Source of the DNA: an uncultured Planctomycetales bacterium | GTDB lineage: Bacteria > Omnitrophota > Gorgyraeia > Zapsychrales > JANLHA01 | Direction: 5' to 3' | NCBI GenBank assembly: GCA_964595465.1 | Contig: CAZQQI010000001.1 | Span: 4,952-68,951 of the forward strand | DNA: 64,000 nt | Shown here: piece after piece, positions 7,525-16,231 of the stretch | How the letters are laid out: each line of letters begins with the position of its first letter | Numbering within the stretch: position 1 is the first letter of the stretch | Program-made: the position numbers and the translations under genes | The notes under the pieces: generated by a model | Seen by the model: only the letters and a program-made list of their open reading frames with translations | Databases searched by the model: none | What the model was told of the DNA's origin: nothing

Positions 7525-8702
7525 ACCTTCGTATAGGCGTTAAAAAACCGTTTATGCTCATCCATGGCCGCGCGGTCTGTCATCCCGGCGATATGATGGC
7601 AGATGATCGTATACTTGACCTCTTCCGAAATGCGGCCTTCCCGGGGGTAGACGTCGGGAGGAAGCTGCTGAGGCTCATTCAGATAGACCTGAAAAAGGTC
7701 CCGGATAATCCGTTTAGCCTTGGATGTCATCCGCACCACCCGGTGGTGATTGTACAATTTGCGGTGCAGAAGGCCCTGCAGATCATCGCGCAGCGCCTTC
7801 ATCTCGGGGCTGAAACAGACCACCGCCCCGCTGTGCCGCTTAACATCCTCGGCAGAATGGAACCCGCAGGCCTGCAGATTACGGTCAGTATGAACCAGCA
7901 GATCTTTGACCTGCATGTCGATCAGGGCCTTAACCACTTGATAACGCAGCATCTCCAGGTCATCGCGGCTGATGCGTTCTCCCAAAGCATTGACCGCCCG
8001 GCGCCAAAGCTCACTCTCCATAAGATCGTCGATGGTAATACATCCGGACTTCATGCCGTCGTCCACATCATGGTTGAGATAAGCCAGCGAGTCGGCAAAA
8101 TCCACGATCTGGGCCTCAACTGTAGGACCTTCCTCTTCAAACTCTCCGGCCATGCCGGCAATATCATACTGGGTCTGATGCTTAAGGATACCCACCAAAA
8201 CTTCCCGGGTCAGGTTGAGCCCTGTAAAATCCGGGTAGCGTTTCTCAAAGCGGTTCACGATCTCGAAACTGCGCAGATTATGATTAAACCCGGAATACCC
8301 CGCATCCTCCATGATCTGCCCCAGGATCTGCTCACCGGCATGGCCGAACGGCGGATGTCCCAGATCATGGGCCAAAGCGACCGCTTCGATCAGGTCTTCA
8401 TTAAGCGATAGAACCCGCCCCAGAGTCCGGCCGATCTGGGCGACCTCCAGAGTATGCGTCAAACGGGTCCGGTAATAATCGCCCTCAAAAATGACAAAAA
8501 CCTGGGTCTTGTATTCCAGTTTGCGGAAGGCCTGACTATGTACAATACGGTCACGGTCCCGCTGATACGCGGTCCGGTAGGCGTGTACCGGCTCGGGAAC
8601 CGCCCGGCCCCTGCTGTCGCAGCTCTTCATGGCATAAGCGGCCAGAAAACGCACTTCCTGCTCTTCGATCTGTTCACGTGTCTTGAGCATCCTCAGGATC
8701 AT
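7521..8702 (-). CDS. dgt: dGTP triphosphohydrolase
   Basis: RDRDRIVHS.AFRKL..KTQVF, RTRLTHTLEV, HDLGHPPFGHAGE, AGMTD. Confidence 0.95.
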   Translation of the reverse strand: MILRMLKTREQIEEQEVRFLAAYAMKSCDSRGRAVPEPVHAYRTAYQRDRDRIVHSQAFRKLEYKTQVFVIFEGDYYRTRLTHTLEVAQIGRTLGRVLSLNEDLIEAVALAHDLGHPPFGHAGEQILGQIMEDAGYSGFNHNLRSFEIVNRFEKRYPDFTGLNLTREVLVGILKHQTQYDIAGMAGEFEEEGPTVEAQIVDFADSLAYLNHDVDDGMKSGCITIDDLMESELWRRAVNALGERISRDDLEMLRYQVVKALIDMQVKDLLVHTDRNLQACGFHSAEDVKRHSGAVVCFSPEMKALRDDLQGLLHRKLYNHHRVVRMTSKAKRIIRDLFQVYLNEPQQLPPDVYPREGRISEEVKYTIICHHIAGMTDRAAMDEHKRFFNAYTKV

Positions 8703-9211
8703 CCTTTCTTCCGCTTGCGGCCGGACTTCTCCCCTGGTTCTGTGAGAGCCCGGTACAGATCATCCAGCGATTGGGAGATCACCTTGGTCGAACCAACCGA
8801 CGGCATAAAATTGACATCGCCGACCCAGCGGGGGACGATATGCATATGGATATGTTTCGGCACACCGGCCCCGGCCGCCTTGCCCATATTCATTCCGACA
8901 TTATACCCGTCGGGATGAAGAACGCGGTCCAGATCGTTCTGGACGTCATTGAGTAAAGCAAACATCTCTCCGGTCTCGGCCGAGGACAGCTTCCTGAGAT
9001 CCCCGGTATGGCGATAGGGCACGATCAAGGCATGGCCGTTGTTATAAGGATAGAGATTCAGCACGGCATAACAATGTTCCCGGCGAGCGAAAACATAGTT
9101 TTTCTTATCGCTGCGGGACCGCTTCAGACGGCAAAACAGGCATCCTTTTTCCGGCTTGCCCATTTTGGAAAGATATTGTGTGCGCCACGGCGCCCAGATT
9201 CGGTCCATCAT
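8699..9211 (-). CDS. HIT-family hydrolase (Ap4A hydrolase/phosphorylase type)
   Basis: IWAPWR, CLFC, LNLYPYNNGH, HIHMHIVPRW. Confidence 0.92.
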   Translation of the reverse strand: MMDRIWAPWRTQYLSKMGKPEKGCLFCRLKRSRSDKKNYVFARREHCYAVLNLYPYNNGHALIVPYRHTGDLRKLSSAETGEMFALLNDVQNDLDRVLHPDGYNVGMNMGKAAGAGVPKHIHMHIVPRWVGDVNFMPSVGSTKVISQSLDDLYRALTEPGEKSGRKRKKG

Positions 9212-9690
9212 GACACCCTCACAATACGCGCGTTGACAGTTTTCCCTTCGACCTCCAACAGGGCGTAGGAACGGTACGGGGCAAAAATATCATCGGTCAA
9301 ACTGCCGGGATTAATATACAAAATCCCGCCCACCCGTTCGGTGCAGGGCTTGTGCGAATGGCCGAAGACCACCACGTCAACGTCTTCACCGGCAAATTCT
9401 TCGACGATGCGCTTCAGCACCATATCCGGTGAGCCTTCTCCATGCATCACGCCGACGCGGATCTCACCGATATCCAAAAAACAGCGTTCAGGAAGTTTTT
9501 TTCGTATAGAACCTTCGTCCATATTCCCGCAAACCGCCTTGACCTCGCCGATCTTTTCAAACGCCTTCAGTGTTTGTGCGTCACAGACATCACCGGCATG
9601 TACGATCATATCGGCCTTTTTAAGAACAGAAACCACCTCGGCGGGAATTTTCCGGGAATGGGTGTCGGAAACAACAGCTATGCGTATCAT
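9208..9690 (-). CDS. YfcE/MJ0936-family metallophosphoesterase
   Basis: SDTH, HAGD, GNMD, HG, GHSH, INPGS. Confidence 0.92.
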   Translation of the reverse strand: MIRIAVVSDTHSRKIPAEVVSVLKKADMIVHAGDVCDAQTLKAFEKIGEVKAVCGNMDEGSIRKKLPERCFLDIGEIRVGVMHGEGSPDMVLKRIVEEFAGEDVDVVVFGHSHKPCTERVGGILYINPGSLTDDIFAPYRSYALLEVEGKTVNARIVRVS

Positions 9691-9707
9691 AAGATCCTTT
9701 TTTTCAG

Positions 9708-11342
9708 CTATGCGACGATCAGCGGCTGATCGTACACATCAAGCAATGTTCTCAATTCTCCTTCATTCCAGATCCACATACGTTCCTGCAGGGCCCGGAC
9801 CCGGGCTTCTTCATCAAGACGCTCAAAAGAGACCAGGATACAGCGCTGAGGCCTCACCTGCCGTTCTTTAACCGCCCCCGAGATCACCGATATATCCTGT
9901 TCACTGACCCTTTTCCTCTTGAGAACGATCAGCCAGGATCCCGCCGCGGTATCCGCTTCAATAATATCCAGACCGCAGCACTGGGACCGATCCAGCGTGC
10001 CCGGACGAATACGGGAAAACAGAGGCAGATGGTAACGCCGGCCGTTGATATGCAGCAGCTCATCCTCAAAACACTGCATCAGATCCATGATCCGAACTGA
10101 GACAGTTTTGTCTGAATTCTGCCGGAAGATTTCGACCGAACGGGCAAATTCCTCACGGAACTGCTCTCTCCGGCGGTCAGGAGACAGATCGATCGCCACT
10201 AAGCGGCGTTTGAACACAAAACTCAGCCAATAGCGGAACAACCGGTCCGGAAGATAATAAAGCTTGCCGTTCTTGGAGACCAGGCCGGCCTGCGCCATCT
10301 TCTTGAGACGGGTAGACAAGGCCCGCTGTTTGACCCCGGCCAGTTCGGCCAGGGTCTTGACCGTATGCCGGCCCCGGCTCAGGATCAGCAAAATGCGGGC
10401 ATTGATCAGATTCCCCCGGCCGGAACAGGTCTGCTCAAGGATCAGATCAAAGTGCCGGCTCAGTGTTCCCCAGGAGTCGAAAATCGTGTTCTCCACAGCG
10501 CGGCTGAGGATCGGCAAAAAGGCCTCTTTCTGATCAAGCGAAGAACAGAGGCTGTGGATTTCGCTGCAGAGCAGCCGCAGATACAGCGGATGCCCGCCGG
10601 TCAGATCGATCAAGAAATCCCTGAGAGACGGGCTTATCTCCACGCCGCCGAGATGATAGGTCATGAAGTCGCAGCAGGTGCGGGTATCAAAAGGCTCGAC
10701 CGCAATCGTTTCAAAATTCCCGAACAGCAGGGACAGCTTCTCCGACAGGATCTTTTTAGCCGCCTCAATCTGAGAACTGGCAAATAAATAATAGCACTGG
10801 CGCTGGGTCATGATCAGCTTGCCCAGCTCCTGAAAGACATCCGGGAAATCCCATTCTTCCAGATAATGAAATTCGTCAAAGGCCAGGACACAGACTAAGC
10901 CGGATTCCCGCGAAAAGACCTGCGGCAAAGCCACGGCCAGCTGATAGGCTGCAAACTCTTTATCCTGACGCAGAAGAGTCTGCATTTTCTGGATGGCCTT
11001 AATAGTTTCGGGCAGTTGCGCTCTGGTCTGCTCGATAAGCAGATTGATATCCTCATAGCGAGGCAGGTCATGACGCCGGGAAAATTCATACAGCAGGCTT
11101 CCGGAAATCTTCAGACAGAAATAACGCAGGTCCTTGTGCTCCAGATCAACATAAACCGGGACGATGGAAGGGTCATCCAGAGTGGATAAAAATTTGCGCA
11201 GGATAATGCTTTTTCCGATATAGCGGTCACCGAGAAGCGCGGCGTTCTGACGGTAGCCGTCTTTAAAATCCAGAACACGTTTTTTCAGCAGGGCCAAAAT
11301 ATCCTTGCGCCCGTAAAACTTCTCAAGATCAATGCACGGCAT
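9708..11342 (-). CDS. Archaeal-type (ATPase_2/STAND-like) P-loop ATPase with wHTH and degenerate PD-(D/E)XK-like C-terminus
   Basis: FYGR, GDRYIGKS, LAFDEF, TGGHPLYL, HTH segment ending PDRLFRYW. Confidence 0.8.
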   Translation of the reverse strand: MPCIDLEKFYGRKDILALLKKRVLDFKDGYRQNAALLGDRYIGKSIILRKFLSTLDDPSIVPVYVDLEHKDLRYFCLKISGSLLYEFSRRHDLPRYEDINLLIEQTRAQLPETIKAIQKMQTLLRQDKEFAAYQLAVALPQVFSRESGLVCVLAFDEFHYLEEWDFPDVFQELGKLIMTQRQCYYLFASSQIEAAKKILSEKLSLLFGNFETIAVEPFDTRTCCDFMTYHLGGVEISPSLRDFLIDLTGGHPLYLRLLCSEIHSLCSSLDQKEAFLPILSRAVENTIFDSWGTLSRHFDLILEQTCSGRGNLINARILLILSRGRHTVKTLAELAGVKQRALSTRLKKMAQAGLVSKNGKLYYLPDRLFRYWLSFVFKRRLVAIDLSPDRRREQFREEFARSVEIFRQNSDKTVSVRIMDLMQCFEDELLHINGRRYHLPLFSRIRPGTLDRSQCCGLDIIEADTAAGSWLIVLKRKRVSEQDISVISGAVKERQVRPQRCILVSFERLDEEARVRALQERMWIWNEGELRTLLDVYDQPLIVA

Positions 11343-11356
11343 GGTACCACCTTAAT

Positions 11357-12022
11357 CTATTTCGAAAGATAAAACAGCGGGTTGTCAGCTACGCCGTCTT
11401 TGCGAATCTCAAAATACAAACACGGGTTTGAAGAATCCGGCATGATCCCGATCTGCTCGCCTCTGCGCACCCGCTCTCCGACCCTCTTCAGCAAAGCCCC
11501 GTTACGGGCGTATACCGACGACAGACCGTCCTGATGATCAATGATCACCGTCGATCCATAGCCCGGGAGATGGTCCGCGAAAACGACCTTACCGGGACGT
11601 GCCGCCTGAACCGCGGCGCTTTTCTCCAGGCGGATCTGTATGCCCTTATTCAGATACGAATCCGCGGGATGACCAAAATACGCCACCACCTTCCCCGCGG
11701 CCGGCCAGACAAATTCTCCAGCTCCCGGACCGTCTTCCAGCGGCATCACGTCAAGCTCGATCACCTCGTCTGCCCCCGGGATGAGCAGACGCTGCCCTTC
11801 TTTGATCAGCGAAGCGTCTTCAATAGCATTGGCCCGGATGATCTCATCCAAAGGGACTCCATAAACCCGGGAGATACGCCACAGAGTCTGATCGCTGCCC
11901 ACCTCATGATAAACTCCGCTCCGGTCGAAGCCCCATCCCCCGTCTCCCGGAGGATGCCCTGCGGTCATACAGCCGGAAACCAGAACAGCCAAAAAAACAG
12001 CGGCCGCCGCCCTGACTAACAT
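11357..12022 (-). CDS. LysM/M23 lipoprotein (NlpD-like, degenerate M23)
   Basis: Lipobox VSGC, LysM YHEV..DQTLWRIS, M23 NKGIQI...SVYARN lacking the catalytic His residues. Start moved to 12022 because the tRNA lies upstream. Confidence 0.88.
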   Translation of the reverse strand: MLVRAAAAVFLAVLVSGCMTAGHPPGDGGWGFDRSGVYHEVGSDQTLWRISRVYGVPLDEIIRANAIEDASLIKEGQRLLIPGADEVIELDVMPLEDGPGAGEFVWPAAGKVVAYFGHPADSYLNKGIQIRLEKSAAVQAARPGKVVFADHLPGYGSTVIIDHQDGLSSVYARNGALLKRVGERVRRGEQIGIMPDSSNPCLYFEIRKDGVADNPLFYLSK

Positions 12023-12040
12023 CTTCACCCGAAAAAAACC

Positions 12041-12114
12041 TGGAGCGAGGGACGGGAATCGAACCCGCGTGGCCAGCTTGGGAAGCTGGAATTCTACCAC
12101 TGAATTACCCTCGC
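12041..12114 (-). tRNA. tRNA-Gly(CCC), CCA encoded
   Basis: Cloverleaf GCGAGGG..CCCTCGC, anticodon arm CCAGC-TTCCCAA-GCTGG, TTCGA T-loop. Confidence 0.95.
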
Positions 12115-12148
12115 GCAAATTATATTCTTCAAAACACGGCAATGGAAC

Positions 12149-12799
12149 TCACGTTGTTGCTTGCGTATTATCCAAAATCGTTATCAGCTGTTTGACCGCC
12201 GCCGGGACGTCTTCAGCCAAACAGACCGCCCGTGTCACCGCGGCCCGCCGGGCTCCCGCCTGCAGAAGGCATGCCGCATTTTCCTCCGTAATACCGCCGA
12301 TCGGGAAAACCGGAATACGGACTGCAGCCAAAACATCATTCAGCAGCGACAGGTCCATAGGACGCCGCCCGGGTTTCGTCAAGGTCTTGAAGACCGACCC
12401 GAAACCGATATAATCCGCCCCGCCGGCTTCAGCGGCTTGGGCCTGGTCCATCGTCTGACAGGAGACACCGACCAGCGCGCTGTCCCCCATGATCTCCCTG
12501 GCCTGCGCGATACCGGCATCATCCTGTCCGACGTGAACACCGTCGGCACGGCAGACACGGGCAAGACAAGGATCATCATTCACAATATACAACGCTCTGT
12601 CCCGGACCAGTGGGAGTATTTTTTCAGAGAACGTCAGGACATCTTCACCAGAAACGTCTTTCGCCCGGATCTGAACAATATCCGCCCCGGCGCCGACAGC
12701 CTGATCCGCGACAGAAAGCAGACGATCCCAATCTGCAACAGCGGCGTCCAGCACAATATATAACCGCGCCCGGGCTAGCCGGGCTCTTTTATTGTCCAT
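12149..12799 (-). CDS. thiE: Thiamine-phosphate synthase
   Basis: VQIRAK, IVND, DGVHVGQDD, GADYIGFG.VF.T.TKP, IGGI. Confidence 0.94.
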   Translation of the reverse strand: MDNKRARLARARLYIVLDAAVADWDRLLSVADQAVGAGADIVQIRAKDVSGEDVLTFSEKILPLVRDRALYIVNDDPCLARVCRADGVHVGQDDAGIAQAREIMGDSALVGVSCQTMDQAQAAEAGGADYIGFGSVFKTLTKPGRRPMDLSLLNDVLAAVRIPVFPIGGITEENAACLLQAGARRAAVTRAVCLAEDVPAAVKQLITILDNTQATT

Positions 12800-12834
12800 A
12801 CAGGATGTTCAATTATATCAAAAATATATTAATA

Positions 12835-13257
12835 TCAAAATGAAAACTTTTTACTATACGACTGTTCCAGCCGATAGACCTTATAGCGGATCTTTTTCAC
12901 ATTCTCCGCAGAATTTTTGTCAAAAATTTTCAGAAACTCTTCCAGAACCCGCAGGGATTCCTTAACCCTCTGCATATTGACCAGCATGATCTGATGAGGA
13001 TCTTTACGGCTTTGCTCTGTGCCCAGCGAGGCCTTTCCCACATCGGTCTGAATACTGCGTGCCTGAAGCAGGTCCTGCCGGTCCAAACATGCAGCCGCCC
13101 GGGTCAGATCATGACGCAGGGCCTTCCACCGTTTCGTCCAGGACCGCTCGTCCAGGATGAACCGGCAGATATCTTCACACACCCGCAGTCCTTCGCGGGC
13201 ACGGTTAAGATTGGCATCCAGCAATCGGTACAGTTGTCTGCGTTCTAGCGCGCGCAT
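12835..13257 (-). CDS. Stand-alone ThiD2-family protein (HMP-P kinase-like)
   Basis: RLLDANLNRAREGLRVCED..RF, R...DVG, N..R..ESLRVLEE..K, RY.VY.LE; adjacent to thiE. Confidence 0.85.
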   Translation of the reverse strand: MRALERRQLYRLLDANLNRAREGLRVCEDICRFILDERSWTKRWKALRHDLTRAAACLDRQDLLQARSIQTDVGKASLGTEQSRKDPHQIMLVNMQRVKESLRVLEEFLKIFDKNSAENVKKIRYKVYRLEQSYSKKFSF

Positions 13258-13733
13258 CGTTTCCTCACCGCGGCGATGATGTTCGTCGTCGAAAGCCCGG
13301 GAAGATAATCCACCAGCTCGACCCGTCCTCCGTGAGCGCGCACAATATCTTCTCCCACAACCGGCCTGCCTTTCCAGTCCGCGCCTTTGATCAAAAGGTC
13401 GGGTCTCACTGCCTTGATGAGTTCGTACGGGGTATCCTGATCAAAGATGACAACATAATCCACACAGGCCAGTGCAGCCAGAACCCCGGCCCTCTCGTTC
13501 TCTTCATTAACCGGACGGTCCGGGCCCTTGATCGCGCGGATGGAACGGTCACTATTGAGCCCGACGATAAGCGCGCGCCGTCCCCGGGCGGCCTTTTCCA
13601 AATAACTGACATGGCCGTAATGCAGAATATCAAAACACCCGTTGGTAAAGGCCACGGGTCTTCCTTCTCGGCGCAAAGCGGCCGCTTTCTTTCTCAGGGT
13701 ATTCCAGGTCACGATCTTTCGCCGGGATGTCAT
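13245..13733 (-). CDS. rfaE2: D-glycero-beta-D-manno-heptose 1-phosphate adenylyltransferase
   Basis: FTNGCFDILH.GH, GLNSD.S...KG..RP, KGADW, STT. Confidence 0.93.
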   Translation of the reverse strand: MTSRRKIVTWNTLRKKAAALRREGRPVAFTNGCFDILHYGHVSYLEKAARGRRALIVGLNSDRSIRAIKGPDRPVNEENERAGVLAALACVDYVVIFDQDTPYELIKAVRPDLLIKGADWKGRPVVGEDIVRAHGGRVELVDYLPGLSTTNIIAAVRKRCAR

Positions 13734-13746
13734 GGATGTTTTTTCT

Positions 13747-13783
13747 CGTATTATTCAATTTTGGTGCTGACAACGTGGTGATC
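13747..13783. repeat. Dispersed repeat copy C (homolog of 3991-4027)
   Basis: 23/37 ungapped identities, including GTATTATTC, ACAA and GGTGATC. Confidence 0.6.
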
Positions 13784-13810
13784 CCTGGGGCTGGTTTTTC
13801 CCCAGCGCCC

Positions 13811-13880
13811 TTCACGCCTCACTCGCGCCTTTTTTCTATTTACTATTCACCAATCACTATTCGCCATTCGCCATTTATCA
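13811..13880 (-). repeat. Degenerate heptamer tandem array (about 10 units, plus-strand core TTCRCYA)
   Basis: TTTACTA TTCACCA ATCACTA TTCGCCA TTCGCCA TTTATCA in 7-nt phase, right after the gmhA stop. Confidence 0.75.
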
Positions 13881-14453
13881 TCCGCCGTCCGCTATTCTCT
13901 CTTCCACCAGTTCGCACAAAATATGGGCGAGGGTCATGTAGGCCTCCTGAATACGGGCGGTCACCTTGGAAGGCATAGTCAGACACATATCACTCAAGGG
14001 CTGGAGCTTCCCTCCGCCTTCACCGGTCAAAGAGATGGTGTACACATCCCTCTGCCGGGCGGCCTCAAAGGCCTTAACCACATTAGGAGAATTTCCGCTG
14101 GTCGATAGTCCCAGCAGGACGTCACCGGGCCGGGCCAGCGCCTCGACCTGACGGCTGAAGACGGTCTCAAAACTGTAGTCATTACTCAGGCAGGTAAGGA
14201 TCGAACTGTCTGTCGTCAGGGCGACCGCCGGCAGGGCGCGCCGCTCCCGCTGAAAACGGCCGATAAATTCTGCCGCGATATGCTGGCTGTCGGCTGCGGA
14301 CCCGCCGTTCCCGCAGATGAATAGGGTCCTGCCATCCTGAAAAGCGGCAGAAACCCGTTCAACCACTCTGGCCAGAGGCTCCTGATTCTGCTCAAGGGCC
14401 TTCTGCTGAACCTCAAGAGCCTGTTTCATGATCTCGGCAATTGTCCGCGGCAT
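13878..14453 (-). CDS. gmhA: Sedoheptulose-7-phosphate isomerase
   Basis: CGNGGSAADSQH, ND.SFE.VFSRQ, STSGNS.N, TARIQE. Confidence 0.95.
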   Translation of the reverse strand: MPRTIAEIMKQALEVQQKALEQNQEPLARVVERVSAAFQDGRTLFICGNGGSAADSQHIAAEFIGRFQRERRALPAVALTTDSSILTCLSNDYSFETVFSRQVEALARPGDVLLGLSTSGNSPNVVKAFEAARQRDVYTISLTGEGGGKLQPLSDMCLTMPSKVTARIQEAYMTLAHILCELVEERIADGG

Positions 14454-14464
14454 TTGCTGTCCTC

Positions 14465-15490
14465 CTATGATGAACCGGCAAAAAAGACAGAAGCGACGTT
14501 GTACAGATCCATGTCGATCGCCTTATGCTGTTCCACCGCTTTTTCGATATCGACACACTGAATTTTATTATCCCGCATACTGACCATGCAGCCGAACCGG
14601 CCCTCTTTGATCATTTCCACAGCCTGAATACCGAACATCGTACCCAGAACACGGTCAAACGCTACGGGAGACCCGCCCCGCTGAATATGTCCCAGCACAC
14701 TGACCCGGGTCTCATAGCCGGTTTTATCTTCAATGGTCTGAGCGACGTATTCCCCGACATTGCCGAAACGGTGATGAGGCTGTGTCATCTTCTGAGCGTC
14801 ATAGCCCCGTATCCAGGCGCCCTCGGAAACCACGATGATACTGAAATTTTTTCCCCGGCGATGGCGCGCCTTGAGCTCGGTGCAGACCTTGTCCAGGTCT
14901 GCTTGAATCTCCGGGACCAGGATCATGTCTGCACCTCCGGCAATACCGGATTTCAATGCGATCCAGCCGGTATGCTGTCCCATCACCTCAATAACAATAA
15001 TACGGTGATGGCTTTCCGCCGTGGTATGCAGACGGTCAATACATTCGGTGGCGATGTTGACCGCGGTCTCAAAGCCGAAGGCATAGTCTGTCCCGGAAAG
15101 AGCATTGTCGATAGATTTGGGAACCCCCACGACCTTGATCACACCTTTTTTATGCAGCTGCAGGGCGATCTTAAGGGTCACTTCTCCACCGATGGCGATC
15201 AGAGCATCAATACCGCTGCGCTTATAATTCTCAGCGATCTTTTTGACCTTGGCGGAATCTTTTAGGGGATTCAGGCGGCTGGTTCCCAGAATGGTCCCGC
15301 CGCGGTCCAGAATACCGGATGTGGAACGCGGATCCAGAATGCGCATATCGTTATTAACCAGACCCTGCCAGCCGTTCTTGATCCCGGTCACCACAAACCC
15401 TTCGATCATGGCCTTGCGCACCACAGCACGGATAACCGAGTTCAACCCTGGACAGTCCGCCCCTCCTGTCAGCACTCCGATCTTTTTCAT
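14465..15490 (-). CDS. pfkA: 6-phosphofructokinase (PfkA group III-like) with atypical motifs
   Basis: DCPGLN, GGTILGTSR, PKSIDN, EVMG..GWIA, LGHIQRGG. Confidence 0.88.
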   Translation of the reverse strand: MKKIGVLTGGADCPGLNSVIRAVVRKAMIEGFVVTGIKNGWQGLVNNDMRILDPRSTSGILDRGGTILGTSRLNPLKDSAKVKKIAENYKRSGIDALIAIGGEVTLKIALQLHKKGVIKVVGVPKSIDNALSGTDYAFGFETAVNIATECIDRLHTTAESHHRIIVIEVMGQHTGWIALKSGIAGGADMILVPEIQADLDKVCTELKARHRRGKNFSIIVVSEGAWIRGYDAQKMTQPHHRFGNVGEYVAQTIEDKTGYETRVSVLGHIQRGGSPVAFDRVLGTMFGIQAVEMIKEGRFGCMVSMRDNKIQCVDIEKAVEQHKAIDMDLYNVASVFFAGSS

Positions 15491-15619
15491 GATCCTCTCC
15501 CTTTGATCGTGAACGGTCCTGATGACCGGTCCGCAGAATATTCAAACACGGCTCACCCGTTTGACCACCTTTTGGTGGCCCTGCGATTTTATGCGCTGGT
15601 TCCCCGTACGCCGGACCCG

Positions 15620-16231
15620 CTAGGCACGGTATCCCTGAAAAGGAACGTTCGGTTCTTCCGTCTGCGCCTTAGGCGGCTGTTTCGACTGTTTGCCTCGTCC
15701 GTCTGAAGGATTGATCTTAGCGATATCAACGCGCACCACAACGGTTTCTTCGATCCCGATAATATCCTGGATCTTGCGCTTGATCATATGCTGAATGCGG
15801 GAGGTCATTTCGGGAATATTGACGTCTCCGGTCAGGCTCAGCCGGGCGGCCACATCAAGGCCCTTTTTCCCGGCGGTGATCGCCGCGCGCACATCCTTGA
15901 CCTCCGGCTGGCGGGAAACCACCCGGCGGATCAGATCTTCAATCGCGTTAAGCGAAACGCTGACCCGGCCGGAAGGATTATCAAAAGCGATATTGCGTCC
16001 TTTCTCCTCCGAGCTGTAGACCGCTTTGGAAAACAGATAACTGACCGCAACAACTCCAAGCGCCACCCCGGCCAGGACCATACGCGCCTCATAGGATGCA
16101 TTGAGCGCCTCTAAAATCGAGACAATCTCCTGCGGAGTCATCAGATTCAGGGCGACCGCGCCGATCAGACAGGCAAACAACAGCGCCACCACATTATAGA
16201 ACAATACTGCCAAACGTAAGGTTATCTTCAT
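15620..16231 (-). CDS. amaP: Alkaline shock response membrane anchor AmaP-like protein
   Basis: Two TM helices then an Asp23-like domain (G.V.VS..AIE..I); coupled to the asp23 gene. Confidence 0.75.
   Translation of the reverse strand: MKITLRLAVLFYNVVALLFACLIGAVALNLMTPQEIVSILEALNASYEARMVLAGVALGVVAVSYLFSKAVYSSEEKGRNIAFDNPSGRVSVSLNAIEDLIRRVVSRQPEVKDVRAAITAGKKGLDVAARLSLTGDVNIPEMTSRIQHMIKRKIQDIIGIEETVVVRVDIAKINPSDGRGKQSKQPPKAQTEEPNVPFQGYRA

Noticed and set aside
12041-12114. tRNA-Gly as the integration site of an island covering 6.4-12 kb
   Set aside because: No duplicated tRNA 3' end, integrase or obvious composition shift seen
12023-12142. N-terminal 40 codons of the LysM/M23 ORF
   Set aside because: They overlap tRNA-Gly; the lipoprotein signal starts at 12022. 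Similar over-extended starts were trimmed for accC, aroQ, rpsE, rplA, nusG, rpmG, tyrS and rpsA.
13811-13880. Heptamer arrays as a CRISPR array
   Set aside because: No 23-47-nt repeats with unique spacers, and no cas genes
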